Assembly: GCA_043228905.1 (NCBI GenBank)
Contig: JBHGNT010000017.1
Location: 3,038,001-3,102,000, forward strand
Reading direction: 5' to 3'
From: Azolla caroliniana
Lineage: Eukaryota; Plantae; Polypodiophyta
Length of the DNA stretch: 64,000 bases
The translations under genes were made by a program, and so were the position numbers. Below the pieces are notes generated by a model. It saw only the letters and a list, made by a program, of their open reading frames with translations, searched no databases and had not been told where the DNA came from. Every line of letters starts with the position of its first letter. The stretch's first letter is position 1. Positions 14,559 through 27,889 of this stretch are shown piece by piece.

Positions 14559-14957
14559 GTATGTGTGGGAGTGATGGCTCTTTGTGGATCGGTTAACGAG
14601 CCTCATTGAAAATGAATAATTCATTGGCCATCGCCATACATACATACATACATTCATTCATCGATTGATATGTATATAATATATATGTATTATGTACATT
14701 GTATATGTGCAGTGAAACCCCAATATTTGTTGAGTGTTAGCATGATAGCCTATAGCCTAGCCTGGGTGGGTTGGATTAATGAAGGCAATGAGCATATAAT
14801 AATAACTGTGTGTGTGTGATGATGATTGATCTTCTTCCTCATGAATGAATTGAATGAATGAACTGAATGAATGTATGGCGATGGCCCATGAATTATTATT
14901 CCATTTCAATGGGGCTCGTTAACGGTTCCGCAGAGAGCCGTCACGCCCACACAGACC
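14559..14957. repeat. Imperfect inverted repeat (~100-bp arms, ~180-bp spacer) immediately upstream of the hydrolase ATG; MITE-like or hairpin
   Basis: Left arm TGTGTGGGAGTGATGGCTCTTTGTGGATCGGTTAACGAGCCTCATTGAAA...GGCCATCGCCATACA. Reverse complement of right arm TGTGTGGGCGTGACGGCTCTCTGCGGAACCGTTAACGAGCCCCATTGAAA...GGCCATCGCCATACA. Confidence 0.85.
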
Positions 14958-14988
14958 TGACACACTGAAGCAGCCTGCGAGGGAGACG

Positions 14989-17900
14989 ATGTTCTCCACG
15001 CTTTCACGTTCACTGCGATCAGCTCATCGGGACCAAGGTATTTCATCATGTCTTCTGTCACCACGTCTCTGATTCCTTCACCCTCCTATCCGTTCTTCTC
15101 TTTGGATTCGTATTTCTTTTTTCTGTTTTTTTTTTTCCTGCGTTTCTCCAACCCCTTCTTTCCATCTATCCTCCTCCTTGTTATTTCCACGCTCTTGGAT
15201 TTTGTTCACAATGCTTCTGCTCCTGTCGCATTTGTCTCGTCTCCCTTTTCTTCCTTCCTTCATTCTTCATCTTCTGTTTCTCATGTCTCGAATTTTTCAT
15301 GTTTTTTTTTTCTCCTGTTTTGTAGTGTTCTCTCATTGTGTCACCTGTTTGTATCCTGCCATCCTGTAGACATTCTTTTCTGAAATTTGGATGCTTTTTT
15401 TCTGTCCGAATGCTTATCGGTTCTGTGTGAATTTTGAATCATTCCCTCCATTTTCTGGTTTTCTTGTTGATGCTTCAAGTCTTAAATTCTCTTTCCGAGT
15501 TTGGATTGATCCGTTGTTTTCTAATGTTTATCCTGCGTATTTGGTATCACGATTCTCCTTCTGTTTCAAGTGATCACCTTCTTCTGAATTGAAGCCTCGG
15601 ATCCTTCCTTCAATTTTCGCTTTTGTTTCTTGCTTCTGGAAGTTCCCAATTCCGTTTCTTGCACCTTCTATTAGAATGTTGCTGATTCTATCAAACTTCG
15701 TTTTTTTCACTTGCTTCTTCTGCTACAATGTTTTTGATTCTGGCAAGTACTTTTTCGTTTCTTTTTCCTGTCTTGAATTCTCACTTTCATGGCAGCCTCA
15801 GGTTTTAAGTCTGAAAGATTATTTGAAAGGTCAAGGAAAATTATGGCCTTTGCATTCTCTACTGAGCATACACCTACTGAAATGGAAAAACAGGTACATT
15901 AAGCTTCTCTTTTAATTATTTTTTCTAGATCTTGCAATATTAGTAATCTTAATGTATCCTGGTACATCAGCTTCAATTGATCAGCTGAAATGCCAGGAAA
16001 GAGAGAAGATCTCCAATAGACTTGTTCAGTATGGTGACTTGTGCTGCCTTCAGCCGCATAATTGACGATTGCATTTCCTCAAAGCCACACTGCTTCTCTG
16101 TTTAATGTTAGCCCTGGATTCAATAATTGGAATTAAACCTGATAAATGCCTGCAAATGGAGACTTTCTCTTTGCTAATTATAGATGTACTCAATTTCTTA
16201 AATTTTGATTTTTGGCAACATAGCTTCTTTGAGTGCATGGACTTTATCATTAAGCCATCATTAATCATTCCTGAGATTCTGGTGAAGATTCTGCTCCTTA
16301 ACATCTATGCTTATGTACCCATTGACATCAAGGATCTAGAGTGCTATTTATAAATTTTAGTTTCATAGACACTATACTTTTTCATTTAAGTTGGTATTTG
16401 AAGTATGTTCAGGATTAATGCCTCACAAGAAACCATTGTGTAAAATGGCTTTCGTAATTGCTTTGGATTTAATAATCTACATAGGCACCTAGTTGGATTT
16501 TTTGTTTTATGTTTATGAGCATTAGGATTGGCAGATGAAATCCTGCCTGCCGTTATCAATATTTCTGTAATGTCAAAATCCTCATTTCCGGTTTAAATTG
16601 ACAGCCCTTCGATAATGACGATCACCTTTCCGCATGCAGAAAATGAATATATTTATTAAGTTGATCTCAAATCCTCTAGTTTGAAGCAACTGTGTTTTTA
16701 TGCAATGATCTGCATATAAGAATGCACCCAAATGAGATCTATTTAAACACTAATGGAAGAAAAAGTTAAATTTGCAAGTATAACTATCAAGCCAACTTCA
16801 TGATGTTGACACCTTTCTGGCACTTGAATTCGTAATGGCAGGTGTTAATTGAAGAGACTAGTCATTCAAGGACGATAGTACTCAATCGTCCACGTCAGTT
16901 GAATGCTATTTCCTATTGGATGGTGAGGCCTCTTCTGATCCGCATAAGCAGAACCATGGTCATGCACTATGGCTGCATGGATGCATCTATAAGCATTATC
17001 AGTGTTTAGGGATTTTTTATTTTTACAAAATGATAAATTTCTGTAGCTGTTTCCACTCATTCTGCATCTCTTTGTATGATAAATTTAAGAAGAATAGGAT
17101 CAAGAAAACTGAACCTTGTGGTAACTGCAAAAACATGAAAACATAAAATGAAAAATTAGTACCATTCAAGCTCATACATGAATCTAAATGCAAAAGGAAC
17201 ATAGTAATAAATTCTTTTCTTGATTATCTAAAGGTTGCATGTCTTGCACAGACTGGATATTTGAAAGATATATATGAACAGTGGGAGAAGAATGAGGAGA
17301 TTCAGTTGATCCTTGTTAAAGTATGTGTCCATCTTCGCTTTTCCTTGATCTGAACATATTTAAATGGATATTGAACATTGAAAACCTGATTATGGTAGGG
17401 AACTGGAAGAGCCTTCAGTGCTGGTGGTGATGTTGCAGAGGTCTATCGCTTCTGGAAGGAAGGTAAAATTAGACTGATAGTAATTTTCCTTTTCTTCATG
17501 CAATATCAGATGTGCCTGGTTCTTGGTCTTGAAAATATGTGACATTGTTGTAGGGCGCCATGACAAGTCAATGCATTTCTTTTCTCAAGAATATAATGTG
17601 AACTACCTAGTTGGAACCTATAAGAAATCTCATGTGAGTGGCTACGCTGAGAGCACATCAATGTGTATACACCTCGGATATAATTGTAGGTTTTTCATGC
17701 GGTGATCATTAAACATTAATCTCTATCTTGGCAGGTTGCTTTAATTGATGGCATTGTTATGGGAGGAGGTGCGGGTATATCAATAAATGGAAGCTTTAGG
17801 GTGGTCACAGCAAAAACTGTATGCAGTCCTTGTCATTTACGTTATAAGAAAACCATATTTTGATGTTTTGCTTCTGGCTCACACTATATATCCAGTTAGT

Positions 17901-20900
17901 GTTGTATGTTCCTTGCAAAAAATCAGTTATTACAAATTATATTTCAGAATATTTCTCTTTGGCATTGTTGGAATGGAACTTTTTACAAGCTCCATTAGTG
18001 GTTTGATAAATAATTGAAATTTGGTAGTACTAGGCCCATATAATCCTAACTCCCTGAAATTCCATGAATAACCAATTCCCCATGTACTTCTATGTGGTAA
18101 CATAGAAACCCTGAACTTATCTTCCATATTGAATGTGAAATCTGATTTGTTTAGACATCTAAATCCTTGTAGTTGCATCAGCTCTTAGCGTCTACTTTTG
18201 GTGGGGCTAAAAGATGAAAGACGAACAATTTTCTTATCTCAATGAATTAAAATTTCATTTCCTCCACCAGTCTGATCGGGTGAAGCTTCAGTTGGTAAAA
18301 ATCTGTGTAACAAAAACCAAGGAATGGCGAAGTATTGCAATTGATGTCTGTAAGTGCGAAATTAGTTATGGCTGTGTAGGTTTCATTTATGACTAGCAAT
18401 GGGTATGGTTTCGGCTCGAACTGAACCAAACCAAACCGTTAGCCATGGTTTAATGGTTTAATGGTTTATTGGTTCCCCCAAAAAATAATGGTTTGGATTT
18501 TCAATAAACGGTTTGTTTTGGTTCTAAAACTCGGGTTTATAGGTTTATAGGTTTTTGGTTAAATTTATTTTTACATTAATAGTTTATTAATTTAATGGTT
18601 TTTTATTGATTTAATTAATTTAACTCAAATGTTTATTTAATTTAATGGTTCAATTAAAGTTTCTTTTATTGATTTAAAAAATAAAACTTAAATGCTTATT
18701 TAATTTAATGTATTTTTGTTTATTTAGATGTTTAATTAGTTTGATTTAAATGGTTAGGTTAAAAAAGAAGTATTAAATGGTTTGGTTTCTTTGCCTTGAA
18801 ACCGAACCGAACCATGCCCATCGCTATTTATGACTATGATTCAACCAAATGGAACCAAACATGGTATTAGGCTTGATCCTTTTGTTACACTCCTATTTCA
18901 TGGGGGTCCGTAAAACCACAAGAAAACACAATTGGGACACAAAACATGCTCATATATCAATACAAAGAGAAAAGCTCACAAATGTCCCAAATTGGGACAA
19001 ACCAAAACCAAAACTCGGAGTTGGGACAAGTCGGGACTGAGTCGGGATGAGTCGGGACAACTCCCAAGTAAGCTAATAGAGAGAGGGAGATATGTATGTG
19101 TGTATAGATTAGCTACGCTCCTTAGAGCCAAAATGGTGAATGGAGAGAGGCGAATCAGAGAATGCTCAGAAATGAGGAGTAAGCCTCATTATATAGGGCA
19201 AAGATGGCCGATGGACTAGCGGTTGGGTTGTCCCTTGGGACTGACTGGGACTGGGCCCCTTGGTGAGTCCCAGTTTGGATTGGGACTGTGTCCCAGTTGG
19301 GACAGCCTAGTGGCACCACACTTTAGTGTCTAATTCTATCACGAAGATAGATGAACTCATGGAAAATCTTAAAATCCATTGAAAAATTAAGGATTTGTGA
19401 CTAAGAAACTTGAATTAAGGCTTCCATCGGAGGCACATAATGTTTCATAATTTTTGTTCTTGATTGCCGTTAACTGATTCTGTCAAAATGATAGCAACAT
19501 ACACAGGGATATTCACCTAAGAAATGATTCTAGATAGCAGTAGTGAGATTTGCAGAGCTACCTATAAATACTTGAGAGATATGATATAGGCACATAGGCG
19601 AGCTATTATGGCTTGCCTTAGCGAGTATTCCAGTGGGGAGTTAGTACATGAGTGTAAGGCAGATGTGTTTGTCGTGTTGCAGCAGCAAATGGCATTTTCT
19701 TATTGTCCAGTCTCCATAATCTCATGTTAACTTGATACCTAGAATTCTTTCTTTTTCTGAATTTCCAACCTCAATCCTTAACCTCTTTTAAGCTTGTGTG
19801 TGGGAATAATGTACCGCAATGAAATATTGAATATTTGTCGAAAGAACTTCTACAACGAAATATTGAATATTTATCTTATTCAAGGTGGAAAACAAAAGCC
19901 TATACTGAGTATACATTTGAATAGATAAAATATGTGCCTTTTTATGTTTAGGTATTTGCTATGCCAGAGACAGGGCTGGGACTTCATCCAGATGTTGGCG
20001 CTTCCTACTTTTTGTCACGATTACCTGGTTTTCTAGGCATGTTTGAATCATACATTGTCTTGTCAATTTAAATATTCTGCATAGAATTGATTTGCATGAA
20101 TATGCTGTGCAGGGGAATACATTGGTCTTACTGGTGCACGCTTAGATGGAGCTGAGCTACTTGCAGTTGGTCTTGCAACCCATTATGTACCTTCAGAGGT
20201 GTTTTCTCTTCCCATTTGCTTTCTCCTATTACATATTGTTAAACCACCAATTTTGTAGAATTCTTACTCAAAATGTGGACATTTTTGGACTAAAGGAAAA
20301 ACAAACACTTCCAAGAAAACATAATTTTTTAAATTTGTGTTGATGATGTCGTGTTACCATCAACATGAACAGTTAACATAGGATTGAACAATTCTGTCGA
20401 CTTTCCTGAGTTGGTAGAAATATGTTTTGAACATGACTCAGCTTTTGATCATGAAGATTGATGTGTTCCCTTGCTGTTTTGGTCCAGGCTGGCTCCTCTA
20501 CAGAGCTGGCCCATCTCATGTAGAGAAATGAGTGAAGTTATAGCTAGAATCTGCAATGCTAAATAACACAAATCCTTTGTTTATATAGGAGCTTTGGTGC
20601 CTGTTTAAGTCTTGGCTGCATCCTATTAGAAGACCCTGATATAATAAAGGTGATACTGTTGTCCAACTATGTCAAGGTGTTATCCTGCCAATGATGTATT
20701 GTGCTCTATATTTATTTCATAGGATGTCTTTTGAAGTACACATTTGAAAGCCTTGGGCAAAAGAGGTTGGCAGTAAGGCTACTATCTCTAATTTCTTGTT
20801 TTGTGGCAAAAGAAAAAACCATGCTTTCTTGATCTGAAACAGTATAAAACAATTAATTGGAAACATAGGAGGGCATTATCAAGAAGGGGCACACCAAGTA

Positions 20901-22907
20901 CTTTTTATAGGAATGTCTACGTAATTATGTTTTGATTGATACGAAATAATACAAAAGAATTGCTATGAATATGACAGAATCAGCACAACGTCATGACCTC
21001 TATTTTACACTTCCATGCATCTAATGTTTCAAACGTTTCATGTAACATACATTCTTGTGACATAGTTATGGTGACACTCCTAACCTTCATGATTGCCACT
21101 TGACCGTGATGCATGTTTTCTTAATATGATGATGATTCCTATTGTAAACTACTGTTTTAAAGAAGACTGAAGAGAACTGTTTGTAATATGGAGTGTGATG
21201 CCTTGAAAAATGGCTTAACTCTTACTTCTGTAATGGAATATAACCATAATTTTAATGGATGTCCAGTATCAAAATTGATTAATGCTCTTTTTTCTAATCA
21301 CAGAGGATCATCGAACTTGAAGCAAGACTAAAACATTTGAGTTCAGGAAATCATGCTGCTGTTAATGAAACCATAAACAGTTTTTCTGAAAATGTGGACT
21401 GTAAGCCTGATAGCTTCATGCATAGGTGGCTTTCTTGAGATTGTCTTATTACCTGAAACTGAAATTTCTTCTGTTCTTTTTACCTTTGATCATGTTGCTA
21501 TTTCTCACAGAGTGGACAAAATAAATTTGTGCTTTTCTAAACCCTCTTTGGAAGATATCCTTGAAGCCCTAGTAAGTTTCAACTATTCAAGTCATTCTTG
21601 TACTTTATTAGGTTAATTTTCACTAATATTTTTAATCTATCATCTTTTGAAAATGCACGGCAATGATGTGGAACTATACTAATACAATTATCCAAAGTCT
21701 TTGATTGAGTTCTTGATTTTTGAGTGACTCACATTAATAGGAACAATGTAAGGCAGAAACGGGAGATAATTGGTACACAATAACTGTTGCAACTTTGAGA
21801 AAAGCATCACCAATGAGTTTAAAACTAACTTTAAGATCAGTAAGTAATGCTGCTTTGGCAGACATTGTCACTATGGAAACTATGGTAAAAATTGTAGTCC
21901 AATTGTCTCTCAGTGTTTGCTTCTGTTTCTTTGAAGATACGGGAAGGGCGGAATCAGACATTTCATGAGTGCCTAACTCGTGAATATAGGTTAACAGCGA
22001 GGTGTTTACTTGGAAAATTCTCAAATGATTTTTATGAGGTAAAAAACAAAATTCACCTTGGACCCTGTTTGCCTGTCCTGTATGCACTTTTCTAGATTTT
22101 GACAGTTGCATGTTTTGTACTAATGCAGGGTTGCCGATCAATCTTAATTGAAAAAGATAAGAATCCGAAGGTATATTCAACGCTAAATTGAAAGTCCATT
22201 TTTTCAATAGTTTAATTGAAGTTGTATAATTTTCATGTTTCAAACAGACCATGTGATTCATTATTAATTGCCTTTTAGTTATTTAGAATGAAAATATATA
22301 CTCCATGGAATCAACGATTTCAATAGGTTTACTATAGGATTGTTCTGTAGAATAGAAGAAAGTCATTGCCTTAAAAACATAAAGATGTCTATGTAGTGAA
22401 ATGTAAGACATGTGAGGGCAATGTCTGTGATACATAATACAGATGGAAGCTTAAATCAAGTGGAAAATGAGTAATGGCAAAATAAGCATAAATACATAAC
22501 AGTTATGATACTCGACCTCAATTAACGTCTGTGATACATAATACAGATGGAAGCTTAAATCAAGTGGAAAATGAGTAATGGCAAAATAAACATAAATACA
22601 TAACAGTTATGATACTCAGCCTCAATTAACAAAGAATAATATGAAACCGTGAACATTCATATGCTTATTTAGTTGCTTAACTGTCTTCGGAATCTGTGAT
22701 TTAATTAGATGCTGACATTTGTTATGATTTGTAATAAGGAGTCTGTGATTGCTTTTGATGCAGTGGAATCCTGGAAGTCTCGTATCTGTGACCAAAGAAA
22801 TGGTAGATCACTACTTCTCACCATTTGAAAAAGCAGATGATGAACTACAGCTCCCTGGAGTTGATAGGCTGTTAAGAGCCACAAATATTGTACATCCAAA
22901 GCTCTGA
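14989..22907 (+). CDS. CHY1: 3-hydroxyisobutyryl-CoA hydrolase (CHY1/HIBCH, crotonase family), many exons
   Basis: Exon translations [102 protein letters not shown] and WNP...VHPKL* (TGA 22905-22907). The first two exons (14989-15037, 15796-15893) are inferred from frame and splice sites. Confidence 0.92.
18394..18826. mobile_element. Non-autonomous hAT-type MITE in a hydrolase intron
   Basis: TIRs TAGCAATGGGTATGGTT / AACCATGCCCATCGCTA and perfect 8-bp TSD TTTATGAC (18386-18393 and 18827-18834). Confidence 0.92.
18925..19310. repeat. TE relic with repeated TTGGGAC/GTCCCA motifs in the same intron
   Basis: About a dozen GGGAC/GTCCC motifs in both orientations. No clear termini or TSD found. 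Confidence 0.4.
22423..22630. repeat. ~104-bp tandem duplication in the last hydrolase intron
   Basis: GTCTGTGATACATAATACAGATGGAAGC...CTCAATTAAC occurs twice head to tail. Confidence 0.9.
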
Positions 22908-23549
22908 ACCATTAAATTTGGTAATAAATGTGTACAGAACATTTTGTACGTTGAGGGATTACCATCTTCCGGAGCAAGACTTGCTACTGAATCGGTTTTC
23001 CTAGTGCCAAGTGCATTTTGTGCTGATATGATGCGTTATTATTATTAGGATTTTGAATGAAATTACTGTGTGACTGCAGAATTCCAATTTCAAGACTACG
23101 TATGTTATTGGGGGTACCTGGTGAAATGAAAACATATAATCTTGTTGTGGATGATTTTTCCATCCAGCTGTCAACATTGTCTTTGACCAGAAAGTACCTG
23201 GCAAATAATGTAACTCTATTAGAAGAGTCACCAAAGGCATCTGTTTGGGAATACAAGGCTCTGATAAAAAAAATGAGAATTAATCGCATCAATAATAAGA
23301 ATAAATTCGAATAGTAAGGCCATTGCATGCCTACGACTAGTACTTTTAAGTCCAAATAGTAAGCCATAACCATAGCTATATGTATATATTAGACACCTTA
23401 GCGACACGAATGAATGTAAAATATCTATGATGTAATCTGTAATACCAAACAATCTGCCAAATATCAAGGCATGGATAGTTCAATCATGGTATATTTCTGT
23501 GTCAATATTGTTCTCTAATGATTAAATCGTCACATGGTCAATCATGCAT

Positions 23550-23950
23550 ATCCCAATGGGCACGGTTTCGGCTCGAACCAAACCGAACTGTTAAGCCATG
23601 GTTTAACTTTGGATTTTCAATAAACGGTTTGGTTTGGTTTTAAAACTCGGGTTTATAGGTTTAAAGGTTTATAGGATTTTGGTTAACTTTTTTTTTACTT
23701 TAATAGTTTATTGATTTAATAAATTCAACTTGAATGCTTATTTAATTTAATGTATTTTTGTTTATTTAGATGTTTAATTAGTTTGATTTAAGTAGTTAGG
23801 TTTAAATTTTTTATTAAATGGTTTTGTTTGGTTTCAACTTTTCCCTAAACGGTTTAGTTTTAAATGGTTTGGTTTCAACTCTTTCTTAAGTGGTTTGGTT
23901 TATATACTAAGTGTTCATAAACGGTTTGGTTCAGTTGCTAACATTGGTAT
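23550..23950. mobile_element. Degenerate copy of the 18394-18826 MITE family
   Basis: CAATGGGCACGGTTTCGGCTCGAAC...TTGGATTTTCAATAAACGGTTT...AAAACTCGGGTTTATAGG aligns with 18397-18780. Right end and TSD unclear. Confidence 0.8.
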
Positions 23951-23969
23951 ATATAACTGTCAAAATTGT

Positions 23970-24625
23970 TGGGGTGATATGTCATTAGTCACAATTTTGA
24001 GGTGATATGTGTCATTGGTCACTTTATTAATCATTCCTGTAATGATTCTATATAATGAAATGTTGTATTGCTTCGTTCATGTACAAACAGTCTCGACTCT
24101 CAATGAAGAGGATTGCATCATTCATGTACAAACAATCTCAATGTTTATTGGATGATGTGTCATAGTTCACTTCATTAATCATTTCTGTAATGATTCTATA
24201 ATGAAACGTCGTATTGCTTCATTCATGTACAAACAATCCAAATGAAGAAGATTGCTTGCTTCGTTCATGTACAAGCAATCTGAATGAAGAGGGATTTTAC
24301 TCGAGAAATAGCATTAAAGTATGGTATTTCCACGGAAAACCAAACATATTTAACTACAAAAATAATAGGATGGGTGCTACCTTCCGTCATAGTAAATGAC
24401 ATTATTATGGCATCTAATTATTATATATTATTAGAATTCACCGTCTAACTTCTCAAGGTTGGCTGTGTTTGTCTGATTGCTCGCATGCTTATAACAAAGC
24501 AGATTACCGGTAACCAACAGCTGTCGATTTTCCATTAACTTCTCAAGGTTGTCTGTGTTGTCTGTCTGATTGCTCGTATACTTATGAAGCAGATGGTAAC
24601 CCACAGCTGTGGAATTCCCATTACT
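23970..24625. repeat. Local duplications in the 3' region of the minus-strand gene
   Basis: ATTGCTTCGTTCATGTACAA-like unit four times (24065-24285) and a ~90-bp unit TAACTTCTCAAGGTTG...CAGCTGT twice (24446-24625). Confidence 0.75.
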
Positions 24626-24638
24626 ATCTTCCTGAAAG

Positions 24639-27335
24639 TCATGGGATTACATCTTGATCAGCAGGCTTTTCAGACCTTGCGACACCCTTGGCATCATAGG
24701 AGCCTGGGATTGAGTTCTCTTGCCCAGACAAATCTCTTACAATACACAGATCTGTTGACTTCGTGAATGGATATATATTGAAATCGACATCACTCTTTGC
24801 CTGCAGGACCATAGGATTCTCTAATTCTTCGCTATCCAGGATCTTTAAATGCCTGGGTGATCCTCGCAAGTTCAATGATGGCCTTGTCGTTGATGTTTCC
24901 TGTAATGCACCTGACAGTGGTGAAATCTCTGCGTTGCTCACATTATGAAGAGATCCAGGCACAATTAATGTCCCAGCCTTTTCAGCTGAAGGTTCTTTGA
25001 CCTGTTGTCTTGATTTATTAAGCAATGGAGCAGGAATCTTTGATCCATTCTTCTGTTTGCTAACATCTAACCTGTTCATCGTCGACACATTCTTCTGACC
25101 TGCTCCACTTTCTGGAGTACTTGTTGCAACTTGAGCTGCCAATCTACTCTGCTAACAGAATTATTACTTCATATGAACGGATGTTTATATCATTTAATCT
25201 TTCACACTGTGTATACCAAAGTTCTGAAATTATTATAACCACATACCATATCAAAGAAGCCTAGTTTTGGAGATGGCATACGCAAACCAGATGGCCTATC
25301 AGTGTTCATCATATCAGGCTTTTCTAGAGTTACTGGTTTGGCAGTAGGAGAGACATGTTGAGGATGATATGTAGTTGTGAAAGGAAATATTGCTTTCTGG
25401 CTTTTATTAACTTCAGTTTTCCCAGATACTTTAGCAAATCTTTTGTTTACTCCTGCAGGTTTAGGCTGAGCAGACCCCTTGGTGGAAATAGATTGAAATG
25501 TGAAAGGGACGGATGTTTCATTTGGTTCCAGCTTTATTGCTCCATTTGCATCTTGGGGAAACATTGCAGATAAACACATTTTTGAGATGATACCATTGCT
25601 GTTGTTGTATGTCTAGAAAAGGAGAGTTGAGAAATACCTGATGTTAATAATAACCCAGGTCTAAAGTTTCGCTTATCAGTTCCATTCTTTCTTTGCAGAG
25701 CCACTGCCTCAGCAACACCTATTTGAGATGATGTGGTTGGCTTTTGCTGAAATACCGTTTTGGTTAGTCTCAAGCAAGAAATTACATGTTGAAGCATAGA
25801 GTGATATATCACGTGGATTGACAATGAGAACACGATAAGTGCAGAGAAGGCTATGCACATTGATAACCTCAACAATGAAAGACTGTTTTAAGCTAGTTAT
25901 AAGCCTTACATATCATGTATGCCTCTCCGAGAGGCAATGCCAACATAAATTATTAGAATATATGCCAAAAAACAAATTATGAATATATACCAGCTTAATA
26001 TGATCAAATTGTACCTTTGACGCCAACAGTTGCTTAGGTACTCCAGGTCTAAGTCCAGATGGTCCTATGAGCCTTAGACAGGTAAGTTTGTATAGAATTT
26101 ATAGAGGAAAACACCCTTATATCACAAAATTATTCAGTCTTACCATGACCATTGCTAATCCGATGCTCAGGGCACTCAAGTCCACTACCAATCAGGCTAC
26201 CCACGCTGCTGCTTGGACTACTTTTTGTTGGCGTAGCCCGAAATGTCTGCTCACTCACAGTTCGTAAGGAAACTTTCTGGGATGGGATAGACGAGAAACT
26301 GACTTTAGGAATCATGACTGGCTTTAAAAGTTTAGAAATCTGTTTGGACTGGCCATGGCCACCTGTTTTTTCTCGTTCATGAAGCTTATGAAAAGCCGTA
26401 TTTACTAGTGACAACTCTTCACAGTCAAGCACTCCTGAGAAAGATATGCAGAGAAATAAGTTTCCCAATTCAATGCTTTCATATCCCAATACCAAATCTT
26501 TCATAATCAGTAACTGATGTTGAAGAAAGTTAAAATGCACCATCTTCAGTCAAAAACGCGTTGTTCCATGCTATGCTTTTGCGCATATTGAATCCAGTTT
26601 TCTTCTTTTTGTTCTTCGAAAGAGGGTCTTCACTCAGTGTAGCGGATTCAATAGCCACCGACTTCTCAGACATAGCAGAAAATGTTTCTTCTTGTCTGCT
26701 CCTTGATAGGCTTTCTTGAACAGAAGAAGTATCAAGCTTTATGCTGAACGACTTAGGCACTGTTCAAAGATTTGAAGAATGGAACAATCAGAAACATATA
26801 CGTAGCTTTCTAATAGACTGAGATACAAGTTGGAAACAAGATAATAAGCACAAATGAGTTTCTTTTTCAGCGTTGTGTGTGCCTATAATTCTTTCTGAGC
26901 TAGAAACACACAACAATAAGTACGGCAAAACCCATTCAAAAACATAGATACAACTTGTATAAGCTACATTGCTCAATTATGTTAGGAATGAGGCAGGATG
27001 TATCGTTTAGATCATTCCCACAGAACGACTATCTTATCAATGGAAGGAAAACTAGTTTCAGAACAAATCTTGAGGAGCATCAAATATCTGTAAGATACAA
27101 GGAGGCGCAACTTTTCCACATCGAATTTCATAAACACTGCTATAGAGAGCGGAGATTGCATAAATCTGATCTCCGTTTCCAAAAGAAAGATCAAGTTATG
27201 ACATTTACCTGAAGGAGGAGGAAGCAAGCTGTCATCTTCAAGAGATACGTCGATAAAAGAGAACTGATCTGCCAAATCGAGAGGTGACTCACTGCCGAAT
27301 AGGTCGAGAGGTTGATCCGACGTGGAGGTAGTCAT
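24639..27335 (-). CDS. Ser/Lys-rich plant protein resembling the GPT1/GPT2 (At2g37070/At3g53320) microtubule plus-end tracking family
   Basis: Conserved blocks FSFIDVSLEDDSLL, FNMRKSIAWNNAFLTEDG/VLDCEEL and RPSGLRMPSPKLGFFD, plus SxIP motifs (SSIP, SKIP). Exons overlap ORFs 27012-27335, 26530-26760, 26130-26543, 25202-25579 and 24639-25142. The family assignment is from memory. Confidence 0.7.
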
Positions 27336-27514
27336 CTTGTTGATGAAACGTGTTCACGATCAGAGGGATTGAACAGGAATTAACAAGAATCCATGAAAAG
27401 AAAAAGGCAGTAGAGGGATGACGGGGGCGGAGATTAGCAGGGACTAATGATGATCGATCCTACAGGGTGTGGAGTGAAGGCAACGGATATGGAAACAATC
27501 CATGAGGCATGGAA

Positions 27515-27547
<33 letters not shown>

Positions 27548-27820
27548 AGAGCTCTCTCTCTCTCTCTCAGAGTGTATACGTAAACCCTATCTATCTCTCC
27601 CCCTCTGTTTCTGCGTATATAAACCCTAGCAATAGCTGTAGCGTCTTGCCTTAGTGATCGCCATCACCATCGCCTGTCTTCCTTTCTTTCTTCAATGTCT
27701 TTTATTTTTGGAAATGGCAGTCAGCGGGCCGTTTGAACTTCTGCATTTTTGTTGTTTTCATTGAAAAAATGGATAAGGAATGGCCTCTTCTATTTTCTTC
27801 CAAATCCTAAAACTAGCCTC

Positions 27821-27835
27821 ATGTATGTATGTATG

Positions 27836-27866
<31 letters not shown>

Positions 27867-27889
27867 CAATGTATGTATGTATGTATGTA
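27821..27889. repeat. (ATGT)n microsatellite, left flank of the composite MULE
   Basis: Directly visible; one ATGTAACAATGT interruption. Confidence 0.95.

Noticed and set aside
15950-16353. Coding-like antisense stretch in hydrolase intron 2
   Set aside because: Multiple stops and no motif I can recognise; a BLASTx search would be needed.
22984-23373. Overlapping ORFs and exon-like signals between the hydrolase and GPT-like genes
   Set aside because: No identifiable homology; probably UTR or intergenic sequence.
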